A DNA stretch of 64,000 nucleotides from Candidatus Melainabacteria bacterium 17Bon1m (GTDB lineage: Bacteria; Cyanobacteriota; Vampirovibrionia; Obscuribacterales; Obscuribacteraceae). The position numbers were made by a program, and so were the translations under genes. Location of the stretch: assembly GCA_032128875.1 (NCBI GenBank), contig JAVLKG010000007.1:160001-224000 (forward strand), written 5' to 3'. The notes under the pieces were generated by a model. The model saw only the letters and a program-made list of their open reading frames with translations. It did not search any database and was not told the DNA's origin. Shown piece after piece: positions 29,739 through 38,563 of this stretch; within the stretch, counting starts at the first letter, position 1, and the number at the start of each line of letters is the position of its first letter.

Positions 29739-30422
29739 ATGCAAGGTAGTTTGCTGCGGTCGATTTTGTTTGCTGGTGTTGCACTTTCCATCACAGCATG
29801 TAGTTCTGGTGGTGGTGGTGGAAGCACTACGGATTCAGCATCAACTGGCGGTGCCAGTGGACCAGAGCAACGCAAAGAAGGCATGAAGTTCGTCGATGCC
29901 GCATACAAACTCCGGACCGAAGGCAAGCTTCCAGAGTCGCTCGTCGAAATTGACAAAGCCATCGCACTTGATAAAAACAATTACTACGCCTGGCAATTGC
30001 GCGGTGATATCAACAGTGTTTTAAACAAAGCAGAAGACGCGATTGAAGATCTGAACAAGGCCATCGAGCTGAAACCTAGCGACCCGGCACTCTTCTACGC
30101 ACGCGGAAAGTACGAGGGGCAAGCAAGAAAGTTCGATGATGCGTTGAAAGATGCAGAGAAAGCCGTAAGTCTCGATCCGAAGAACATTGATTATTTGTAC
30201 ATGCGTGCCAGTGGTTATGCGATTGCACAGGAATACAAGAAAGCCGTTGCTGATGCGACGACTGTTCTCGGTTCTGACCCGAAAAATATGAATGCACTGC
30301 GACTGCGCTCTGTCTGCTATTTCAAATCAGGCAATAAAAAACTCTCGGCCTCTGATGACCGCGAATACCAAAGACTCGCGCGCAACAACGCCCGCGTCAT
30401 TCCAGTCAACGGAATGCAGTAA
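29739..30422 (+). CDS. TPR-repeat lipoprotein
   Basis: Lipobox SITAC; TPR units (KAIALD, AIEDLNKAIELKP, KAVSLDP); SD aggag. Confidence 0.85.
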   Translation: MQGSLLRSILFAGVALSITACSSGGGGGSTTDSASTGGASGPEQRKEGMKFVDAAYKLRTEGKLPESLVEIDKAIALDKNNYYAWQLRGDINSVLNKAEDAIEDLNKAIELKPSDPALFYARGKYEGQARKFDDALKDAEKAVSLDPKNIDYLYMRASGYAIAQEYKKAVADATTVLGSDPKNMNALRLRSVCYFKSGNKKLSASDDREYQRLARNNARVIPVNGMQ

Positions 30423-30455
30423 GCGATCGGTTCAACGGAATGCAATAACCAATCC

Positions 30456-30508
30456 GTAGTGGAACCGCATGCGGCTCCCTGGCAGGGCGGCACTTGTGCC
30501 GCCCGTAC
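30456..30508. repeat. REP-like double-hairpin element
   Basis: gtagt-ggaaccgcatgcggctccc-tggcagggcggcacttgtgccgccc-gtac. Confidence 0.7.
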
Positions 30509-31026
30509 TCATTTTGCTGTGTTGATGTCAAGCTGAACTAGTTATCGCGTTTGTTGAAGGGCGCATAGTCCGCTTGTTTTGCGGTTGTTTGTTCCTGTGT
30601 GAGTTGCGCCAATGGTTGAATGTAAACTGTCAAGTGGATAAGAGATCATGACAGAGACAGTGTTCTCGCGATCTCATTTCATCTTTCTTTGACTGTGTGA
30701 AGCAATGAAAAGATCGGGCGCGCGCGCGAATACGCGTGTTTCAGGCGAGTAAGTTATTACTCTTCCCCGTTTTATGTTTTTGCTCTCTTTCTCCTAGCTC
30801 GAATCAAGCCACTTCTCGTACTGCTTAGCAGTATCAGTAGCTACAAGCTACTGCGGAGCGGACTAGGTTTGAGTCGGTGAGCGAGACTTGGTAGATTTGG
30901 CAGTTGATGATTTGGTGTTTGCGCTCGGTTACTCCGACGTGTTTGTTCTTCACCAATCGTCTGCCACTCTAGTTTGCGCTTGTTTCTAATAGTGCAAACT
31001 GCAAGAACCCACGGGGTATCTGCAAG

Positions 31027-32655
31027 ATGAAGAAAACCTTCTTGCATTCGACAAATGTCTCCATCAATGCCTTGAAGCGTTGTTTCCTGCCATCGGGAGA
31101 TGAAGCAAACAACGTGGGGCAACCTGTCGCGAAGAAGAAAGCGCGACACAAACGAAGGATATCCCCTGCCATGTCTTCACTGATTTTCGGTGTCATGGTT
31201 ATCGGGTTGATCGTGTGGCTCATGCACAAATGCCAACCTACGCACGCACAAGTGCAAGAGTCCATCAAGCGTCAAGAGCGCGCGCAGGCGTTGCTCAAGA
31301 GCGAGATCAAGGTCCAAGTGACCAGCCCGACCAAGCGGCTTGCCGACGCAACTCCGCTCACCTGGCGTCCTTTCAAGGGCGTCGTCAATCACGATCTCAT
31401 CGAAGTGCTGCCCGCCAAGAAGTACCAGAAGATTCTCGGCTTCGGCGCTGCCTTTACCGATGCGGCTTGCTACATGTTCAAACAGCTCGAGCCGGAAGTC
31501 CGCGCCAAGCTGTTCCATGACCTGTTTCACCCGACGCAGCTCGGGCTGAACGTCAACCGCGTCTGCATGGGCGCCAGCGACTACGCGACCCATGAGTACA
31601 GCTACTGTGACAGCGACACGCCTGATCCGGAGCTGAAAAAGTTCTCCATCGCGCACGACACCAAGTGGATTCTTCCGATGGTGGAAGAGGCGCGCAAGGT
31701 GAACCCGGACATCTTCCTCTTCGCCTCGCCGTGGAGCCCTCCCGGCTGGATGAAGTCGAACAAGTCGATGCTCGGCGGCAACATGCAGCGGCAGTACATG
31801 CCGTCGTACGCCAAGTACTTCGTGCGCTTCCTCGACGCCTACAAGAAATACGGTGTGCCGATTCAGGCTGTCACTGTCAACAACGAAGTGGACACCGACC
31901 AGGACGGTCGCATGCCCGCTTGCTTGTGGCCGCAGGAATACGAAGTCGACTTCGTGAAGTGGCATCTCGGTCCCGCTCTGCGTGACGCGAAGATGGACAC
32001 TCAGGTGTGGATGATCGACCACAACTACAATCTCTGGGGCCGCGCGATTGCGACTCTGGAGGATCCGGAAGTGCGCAAGTACTGCACGGCGATCGCGTGG
32101 CACGGCTACGTGGGCGATGCTCATCGCATGTCGACTGTGCACGACGCTTTCCCGTCAGTCGACTGCTACTGGACCGAAGGCGGTCCGGACGTGACGAACA
32201 AGGACTACGGCACCGACTGGTCGAAGTGGTCTCGCACGTTCACCGGCAATCTGCGCAACTGGTGCCGCGGCATCACTGCGTGGAACTTCGCGCTCGACCA
32301 CGAAGGCAAGCCGAACATCGGTCCCTTCCCGTGCGGTGGTCTCGTGACCATTCACGGCGACACGAAGGAAATTACGCCGAGCGGTCAGTACTTCGCGATT
32401 GCGCAGTTCTCCAAGTTCGTGAAGCGCGATGCCGTTCGCATCGGGTCTGAAGGCGCTGCCAAAGACCTGGAGCACGTTGCGTTCGAAAACCCGATTGCCG
32501 TTGATATGTTCGGCAAGAAGGTCACGGACAAGAGCGAGAAAGTGCTCGTCATCACCAACAGCGGTCCGACCCGGATTGTCGAGGTGAAGATGGGCGACCG
32601 CATCACCTCGATTCCGCTGGAAGGCGACTCGGTCACTACGCTGCGCTTCGAGTAA
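31027..32655 (+). CDS. Glycoside hydrolase family 30 (glucosylceramidase/beta-1,6-glucanase type) with N-terminal anchor; start may be 31171
   Basis: YQKILGFGAAFTD, FASPWSPPGWMK, TVNNE (acid/base), AWHGY, WTEG (nucleophile), AFENP. Confidence 0.9.
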   Translation: MKKTFLHSTNVSINALKRCFLPSGDEANNVGQPVAKKKARHKRRISPAMSSLIFGVMVIGLIVWLMHKCQPTHAQVQESIKRQERAQALLKSEIKVQVTSPTKRLADATPLTWRPFKGVVNHDLIEVLPAKKYQKILGFGAAFTDAACYMFKQLEPEVRAKLFHDLFHPTQLGLNVNRVCMGASDYATHEYSYCDSDTPDPELKKFSIAHDTKWILPMVEEARKVNPDIFLFASPWSPPGWMKSNKSMLGGNMQRQYMPSYAKYFVRFLDAYKKYGVPIQAVTVNNEVDTDQDGRMPACLWPQEYEVDFVKWHLGPALRDAKMDTQVWMIDHNYNLWGRAIATLEDPEVRKYCTAIAWHGYVGDAHRMSTVHDAFPSVDCYWTEGGPDVTNKDYGTDWSKWSRTFTGNLRNWCRGITAWNFALDHEGKPNIGPFPCGGLVTIHGDTKEITPSGQYFAIAQFSKFVKRDAVRIGSEGAAKDLEHVAFENPIAVDMFGKKVTDKSEKVLVITNSGPTRIVEVKMGDRITSIPLEGDSVTTLRFE

Positions 32656-32675
32656 TCGGAGCAGGTAGCGTCGGC

Positions 32676-32699
32676 GGGCGGTATTTATGCCGCCCCTAC
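32676..32699. repeat. REP-like single hairpin (reverse orientation)
   Basis: gggcggtatttatgccgcccctac. Confidence 0.6.
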
Positions 32700-32937
32700 A
32701 CGATCACGAAACGATTTAACTGTTGACCGTGTGTCTGGCATAGTGCCACCACACGGTTTGTTTCAATACGCACGGTCGTCGTTTGACGGCTAAATTCACC
32801 CAGGGATCGAAAACGGCATCGCGAGGCAATTGGAATGCGTTCCTGTGTGAGCGCTATTGCAATTCCTCGCGTGCATCGGCGGCGCTTACCCGCCGGTGTC
32901 CGTCAGCCGTTTTCGCTCTCCAACTGGAACTAGGGTC

Positions 32938-34647
32938 ATGAAAAATGCCCTCACCTCTCTACCCTGGAAGCGGTTATACAGAATAGGAAAACCCTTTTGG
33001 GTCTCGGAGAAGCGGACCTCAGCAATCCTGCACCTCGTGGCTGTGCTTGGTCTTCTCTCTGCGAACGCGTGGGTAATGGTGTACATGAACTCGACTGCCG
33101 GTCACTTTATGACCGCCATCGAGCAGCGCAATGACGCTGATTTTCGCCATTACCTGATGATGTCAGCTTTGCTGATTCTTGCCGTGACACCGTTGCAGGT
33201 GTTCTACGGCTACTTGCGCACGCGATTGGCGTTGATGTGGCGAACCTGGCTTTCCTCAAGCCTTTTCGCCGGCTACTTCGCCAACAATGCGTACTACAAG
33301 TTGCTGCGCAACAAGGATGTGGACAATCCAGATCAACGCATGACGCAGGACGTTGACTCGTTCTGCAACTCGTCGGTAGGTTTGTTCATCTCCATTCTCG
33401 ACTCTGTCGTCAACGTGACCATGATGTTCGGCGTGCTCTGGGCTATTAGTCCGATGCTCACCGGCGGCGTGATCGCGTACTCCATAATCGGCTCGCTGAT
33501 TGTGGTTTGGATTGGTCGCGCGTTGGTGCGGCTGCAGTTTCAACAGTCTAAGACCGAAGCCGACTTGCGCTTCGGTCTTGCCGAAGTGCGTCGAGAAGCT
33601 GAGGCAATCGCCTTCTACCGTGGTGAGCAAATCGCTCGAACTCAGTCGAACGGTCGGCTGGGCAAAGTAATTGCTACGTTGCTCGAAGTTGCCGGTGTTT
33701 ACCGCAACATCCAGCTGTTCACCACGCCTTACAACATGCTCGTCGGGCTCATCCCCGCCGCCATCATGGCTCCGATTTATTTCCAGCACGAGATTTCCTT
33801 CGGCACCATCACAATGGCGACGATGGCTTTCGGTGCGATATTTAACGGAGCGACTCTGCTCATCGGGCAGTTCGGTGGCATTACCAACTACACCGCAGTA
33901 ATCAATCGCCTCGGCTCGTTCATCGAATCGCTCGATGCAGCAGGTGTAGAGCAGCTTCCGCCCGGCAAGTACATCGAGGTACACGACGGTGACACCATCA
34001 CCTTCGATAAAGCGACCGTGATGACGCCGGATCTGGCAAAGCTACTGGTCTATGAGCTCTCTGTGAGCGTTCCGCCCGGACACAGCCTGCTGGTTACGGG
34101 TCCTGACGGTGCGGGAAAAACTGCGCTCTTGCGCGTCATCGCTGGCATGTGGAATGCTGGTTCTGGGAGGCTGATTCGTCCGCCAACCGAGCATCTGATG
34201 TTCCTCACGCAAAATCCGTACTTGCCGCCGACCACTCTGCGCGAAGCGATTTGTTATCCGGGCATCGATCTTTGCCCTGATGACGAGCGCATCATGCAGG
34301 TTTTGCGCATGGTCAATCTCAACGACCTTGCTCAGCGCTCTGGTGGATTGGATACCGTGCAAAATTGGCACGACATGCTGTCTCTTAGCGAGCAGCAGCG
34401 CTTGTGCATTGCGCGGATCATCCAGCAAAACCCGAAGTATGTGGTCATAGACGAAGCAACGTCTGCGCTCGAGCCGGAAGCAGAACACTTGTTTTACACG
34501 CTTCTGCGCACGCTGGGCACGACGACCGTCAGCGCCGGGAATGGCGTTGCGCTCGCCAAGTACCACACGCAGATTCTTGAACTGGCTGGCGACGGCTCCT
34601 GGCGGACCTACCCGGCTTCGAACTACAAACCACGCGAATTCAAGTGA
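32938..34647 (+). CDS. ABC half-transporter, ABCD/YddA/BacA-like fused permease-ATPase
   Basis: DNPDQRMTQD, EADLR...REAEAIAFYRGE (EAA-like), Walker A GPDGAGKT, Walker B VVIDEATSAL. Confidence 0.9.
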   Translation: MKNALTSLPWKRLYRIGKPFWVSEKRTSAILHLVAVLGLLSANAWVMVYMNSTAGHFMTAIEQRNDADFRHYLMMSALLILAVTPLQVFYGYLRTRLALMWRTWLSSSLFAGYFANNAYYKLLRNKDVDNPDQRMTQDVDSFCNSSVGLFISILDSVVNVTMMFGVLWAISPMLTGGVIAYSIIGSLIVVWIGRALVRLQFQQSKTEADLRFGLAEVRREAEAIAFYRGEQIARTQSNGRLGKVIATLLEVAGVYRNIQLFTTPYNMLVGLIPAAIMAPIYFQHEISFGTITMATMAFGAIFNGATLLIGQFGGITNYTAVINRLGSFIESLDAAGVEQLPPGKYIEVHDGDTITFDKATVMTPDLAKLLVYELSVSVPPGHSLLVTGPDGAGKTALLRVIAGMWNAGSGRLIRPPTEHLMFLTQNPYLPPTTLREAICYPGIDLCPDDERIMQVLRMVNLNDLAQRSGGLDTVQNWHDMLSLSEQQRLCIARIIQQNPKYVVIDEATSALEPEAEHLFYTLLRTLGTTTVSAGNGVALAKYHTQILELAGDGSWRTYPASNYKPREFK

Positions 34648-34658
34648 GGAGGCAACAC

Positions 34659-36212
34659 ATGATTCGCACCATACGTGAAGTCATGAGTTATCTCCGTTCG
34701 CTGGCTTGTAAAATCTTTGACTGTGGCAGTGTGCGAAACACCGGGAGCTCGCAAGAAACTCCCGAGAGTGATTCGCAGAATACTGCCGACAATCAGGGAC
34801 AAGTGGAGCCCAGCAATCAGAGTGAGCGCGTAGTGTCAAAAGAAGCGGTGCAAACAACTGCGCCAGAACCGCAGAAAAACGATGACGATTTCGTCTTCCC
34901 GAAAGACTTTGTCTGGGGCACCGGGACTTCCTCCTATCAGGTCGAAGGCGCTTGGAACGTCGATGGAAAGGGCGAATCCATTTGGGATCGCTTCAGCCAT
35001 ACTCCCGGCAAAGTGAAAAACGGGGACACGGGCGACGTCGCCTGCGACCACTACAATCGCTTTGCGGAGGACATTCTTCTGGCGAAGCGGCTGAATCTGA
35101 ACAGCTATCGCTTCTCCATCGCCTGGCCGCGTTTGCAACCAAACGGTCGCGGTGAGTTCAATCAACACGGGTTGGATTTTTACGACCGCATTGTCGACGC
35201 CTGCTTGCAGAATGGCATCACGCCGTTCATCACCCTGTACCACTGGGATTTGCCGCAGGCGCTTGAAGATGAGGGTGGATGGGGAAATCGCGAAGTGTGC
35301 GAGCTTTTCGCCGCCTACGCTGCTAAGTGCGTGGAGCGCTACGGCGACCGCGTTAAGCACTGGACCACTTTCAACGAGCCGTGGTGCACGTCGTATCTCG
35401 GCTACGAGAACGGCTACCACGCGCCCGGCAAGAAGGACCCGAAGCTGGCTGCACAAGTCGCCCACAACCTGCTTGTCGCTCACGGATTGGCTGCTCAGGC
35501 GATGCGAGAATCTGCTAATAAGGCGAAGAAACCAATCGAGGTGGGCATCGTGCTCAACCTTTCCATCACCGAACCGTTCCATGCGGACGACCCGGAAGAT
35601 GTGAAACTGGCGGAAGCGGCTTGGCGACGAGATTGCGGAGCCTATCTCGACCCGTTGTATCGAGGCACGTATCCGGCTGATCACGCGGCGAAGATTGGTG
35701 ACCTGCGCGAAGGCGACCTGAAGATCATCAGCCAGAAGCTGGATTTCCTCGGGATCAACTTCTACTCGCGCGGCATCGCTTGCAAGAGCGAATTGCCGTA
35801 TCCGATTCCCGGCTCGACGTATACGGCGATGGGTTGGGAAGTGTCGCCCTGGGCGCTGCGCGGTCTTCTGACGCGCATCTACAACGAGTACGGGCATCCA
35901 ACACTGTACGTGACGGAGAATGGCGCGTCTTTCGACGACGTCATCGACGGCGAAACAGTCGCAGACACGAAGCGTCTCGACTACATTCGCGAGCACGTGC
36001 GGCAAGTCGCGCTTACCATCAAGTCCGGCGTGCCCATTCAGGGCTACTTCGCCTGGTCTTTGATGGACAATTTCGAATGGGCTGAGGGTTACTCTCGGCG
36101 CTTCGGCATTGTCTACGTCGACTTCGAGACCCAGAAGCGCACAATCAAAGACAGTGGTTACTGGTTTGCCAATGCGGCAAAGCAGAACCGCGTGTCATTG
36201 ACGAAGGCGTAA
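34659..36212 (+). CDS. bglA: GH1 beta-glucosidase with an N-terminal acidic extension
   Basis: FPKDFVWGTGTSSYQVEG, GDVACDHY, TLYHWDLP, TFNEP, YVTENG, WSLMDNFEW; SD gaggagg. Confidence 0.93.
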   Translation: MIRTIREVMSYLRSLACKIFDCGSVRNTGSSQETPESDSQNTADNQGQVEPSNQSERVVSKEAVQTTAPEPQKNDDDFVFPKDFVWGTGTSSYQVEGAWNVDGKGESIWDRFSHTPGKVKNGDTGDVACDHYNRFAEDILLAKRLNLNSYRFSIAWPRLQPNGRGEFNQHGLDFYDRIVDACLQNGITPFITLYHWDLPQALEDEGGWGNREVCELFAAYAAKCVERYGDRVKHWTTFNEPWCTSYLGYENGYHAPGKKDPKLAAQVAHNLLVAHGLAAQAMRESANKAKKPIEVGIVLNLSITEPFHADDPEDVKLAEAAWRRDCGAYLDPLYRGTYPADHAAKIGDLREGDLKIISQKLDFLGINFYSRGIACKSELPYPIPGSTYTAMGWEVSPWALRGLLTRIYNEYGHPTLYVTENGASFDDVIDGETVADTKRLDYIREHVRQVALTIKSGVPIQGYFAWSLMDNFEWAEGYSRRFGIVYVDFETQKRTIKDSGYWFANAAKQNRVSLTKA

Positions 36213-36246
36213 CCAGCGTGGGGGTGCGTTGCACGCGCCCTTTTCT

Positions 36247-36271
36247 GTAGGGTCGACGCCGTGCGTCGACC
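36247..36271. repeat. REP-like single hairpin
   Basis: gtagggtcgacgccgtgcgtcgacc. Confidence 0.45.
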
Positions 36272-36508
36272 GGCCTGGGAGCGCCGGCTTTCTCAACCCC
36301 CTGGGAGCACGGGCGGTTCGCCCGCTTTTCCAAACCAAACTGCGATGCGTTCGCTGCGCATTACTATTGGAGTTGGCGGCAGCAGTGTATCGGTTTCGAC
36401 CGGTAGCTGCGGCCGCTTCTCCAATTTCTTATCCCTGTACTTCATCGCCTCGTTGCGGTGAATTGAAAAACGCGCAAGATGTGTCAAACGTTATGAAAGG
36501 CACACACC

Positions 36509-36646
36509 ATGAGACAATACATCATCATCGCTGTGAAACTTCTGGCAATCTTTGTCGCCATCGTAGGTACCTTTTGGTTGGTCAATCCGCCAAAGAATGG
36601 ACCCATTATCAGCGGCATTGAAAGCCAATCTCCTACCGAAAAGTGA
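36509..36646 (+). CDS. 45-aa single-TM small protein (below the ORF track cut-off)
   Basis: SD gaaagg; MRQYIIIAVKLLAIFVAIVGTFWLVNPPKNGPIISGIESQSPTEK*. Confidence 0.55.
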   Translation: MRQYIIIAVKLLAIFVAIVGTFWLVNPPKNGPIISGIESQSPTEK

Positions 36647-36781
36647 CCGACCCAATTCCGATCGACTTCACATCAAACATCCGACGATCTGAGCGCGAAT
36701 GCTCAGAACGCCGATTTCTTTCGTTTTTGAAACCAATATACTATAAGATGCCGTAACGCTAGGGCATGGCGCTAATGTGGT

Positions 36782-38563
36782 ATGTCTAATCCGAATCAGT
36801 TTTGCGTTCTGCGGTCTATTTCGAGAAACTCTGTGAAAAAAAGAACTAGGAAAATTGCGAATCTTGTTCGTTGCGGTGCAGAGTTTGTGGCTTGTTTTTT
36901 GACCGTTTACTTTGCGGGTGGACCATGCGCCGCGCGTGACATGATGGGAGTTTTTGATTTCCAAAATAAGGCTGTAATTTCATGCACGTATAAGAACATT
37001 CAGTACATTGGTTGTGGTATTTACCTCTGTGAAGGATTTGAAAACGGTCCGGGCGCCAAGCGAGATAAACTGAATTTCGTCCCCTTTTCTGCGTTACCGG
37101 AGTCAGTGCGGACTGAAGCAGAACGTTTCGGTTCAAAAGCTCCGAAGACTGTTCGAGACAAGTACGGAAACTTAGTTAAGGTCAACTTGCCACGAGAGAC
37201 AGCTTTGATCGACGTCTTTATTCCCGAGAGAACTAGATTTGCTTATCTCCGCGACCAGAATAAGGCGATACAAGCGGGTTTGCCTCAAGATGCATTCTTT
37301 GCTATTGCAGGTGTCTCCGGAATAGGAGTGTGTGACGTTCAAGGAAATCTTCTAGTTGAACCGAAGTATCCTTCTCTCGTTATCGGTGGCGCTGATTCTG
37401 GCAAGGTATCTGGGATGGAGTGGGATGAAGCGAAGAAAAAACTTGTACAAGTTCAAGTTTCTTTTCCTTTGAATAAGGTCATTGGTGTCAGTAATGCCGC
37501 GAAGAAACCACCACAGCAACCAGAATCTGCGAAGAAGCTTTATGAGGGCCTGACCGCGTTCCGAAGTCCCGATGGACTGTATGGCTATGAGAATGAGAAA
37601 GGAGACATTGTCATTCCAGCTAAGTATTTTTCGGCAGGACATTTTTCGGGCGGCGTCGCTGCTGTCAGGCTAAATCCGTGGCAAGGGCCTGAGAAAGGGC
37701 AGCACTGTTTCATCGACAAGACAGGCAAGATTGCGTCACCTATTTTTTGGAGAATATGGGGCTTTTATGGGGACTATGCGCTTGTTTGCGAAAGAGGTGG
37801 AGAGCCTTCATTAAGGGGGCAATATCGTCGGGATAATTACGGAATTATTGATAGAAACTACGAGTATGTCGTGCCATTGGCACCGCAAACAATCAAATAC
37901 CTTCCAGATGGATATTGGGCAATTGGCAACGGCGGTGGTCCAACAGTTATTTTGGATCGGCATCTCAAAGAGATTTTTCGCACTCCTGAACGCGCAAGTT
38001 TGTGCAATGAATCTGGAGACACTCATATATTCATGACCACTGGTGCTGGCAAGAGAAAGCTGCTTTATTACGACAAGGACTGGAAACTGGTAAATGAAGT
38101 TGAAGGTGACCCAGGCCAACGTAGTTCGCAACCATCAATAATCACTAAGGGTCTTACTTTCGGATATGAAGTGCAAAGTGCTGTTGTAGACGAGAAGGGC
38201 AACTTTTCAATTCCCTACGAAAACGCAAAGTTTTTGTACGCAGAGTCAGATCGTTTCATCAAAACAGAATTCGGCACTACCTTTGTGAAGGAAGACTGGG
38301 ATATTCCAAATCGCGGTCGCTCGCGCGAATTTCAGTTGTTCGTCAAACAGTACAAACTTGTAGGAATGAAGCGTCGTGAGGTTGAAAGTCTGCTGGGTCC
38401 AGGCAATTCCCGTAACGGTAATTCGAATGCGTATTACACGATTTCTGGGTTCGGTGCATCTTGCGGAAATGCAGTGACAAGCGTCGAAATTGAATACGAT
38501 AACGACGTTGTGTCACGCTGGCGATATAGAAATATTGGTAGTCGCAATGAGTGGAACCAGTGA
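36782..38563 (+). CDS. WG-repeat protein with a C-terminal BamE/SmpA-like motif (true start uncertain)
   Basis: LYGYENEKGDIVIPAKY, FSGGVAAV, FIDKTG, YGIID; C-terminal VGMKRREVESLLG. Confidence 0.75.
   Translation: MSNPNQFCVLRSISRNSVKKRTRKIANLVRCGAEFVACFLTVYFAGGPCAARDMMGVFDFQNKAVISCTYKNIQYIGCGIYLCEGFENGPGAKRDKLNFVPFSALPESVRTEAERFGSKAPKTVRDKYGNLVKVNLPRETALIDVFIPERTRFAYLRDQNKAIQAGLPQDAFFAIAGVSGIGVCDVQGNLLVEPKYPSLVIGGADSGKVSGMEWDEAKKKLVQVQVSFPLNKVIGVSNAAKKPPQQPESAKKLYEGLTAFRSPDGLYGYENEKGDIVIPAKYFSAGHFSGGVAAVRLNPWQGPEKGQHCFIDKTGKIASPIFWRIWGFYGDYALVCERGGEPSLRGQYRRDNYGIIDRNYEYVVPLAPQTIKYLPDGYWAIGNGGGPTVILDRHLKEIFRTPERASLCNESGDTHIFMTTGAGKRKLLYYDKDWKLVNEVEGDPGQRSSQPSIITKGLTFGYEVQSAVVDEKGNFSIPYENAKFLYAESDRFIKTEFGTTFVKEDWDIPNRGRSREFQLFVKQYKLVGMKRREVESLLGPGNSRNGNSNAYYTISGFGASCGNAVTSVEIEYDNDVVSRWRYRNIGSRNEWNQ

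Noticed and set aside
30406-30457. Two ~26-bp tandem copies (tcaacggaatgca...) at the end of the TPR gene
   Set aside because: Only two degenerate units, so a local duplication of the stop region rather than an array.
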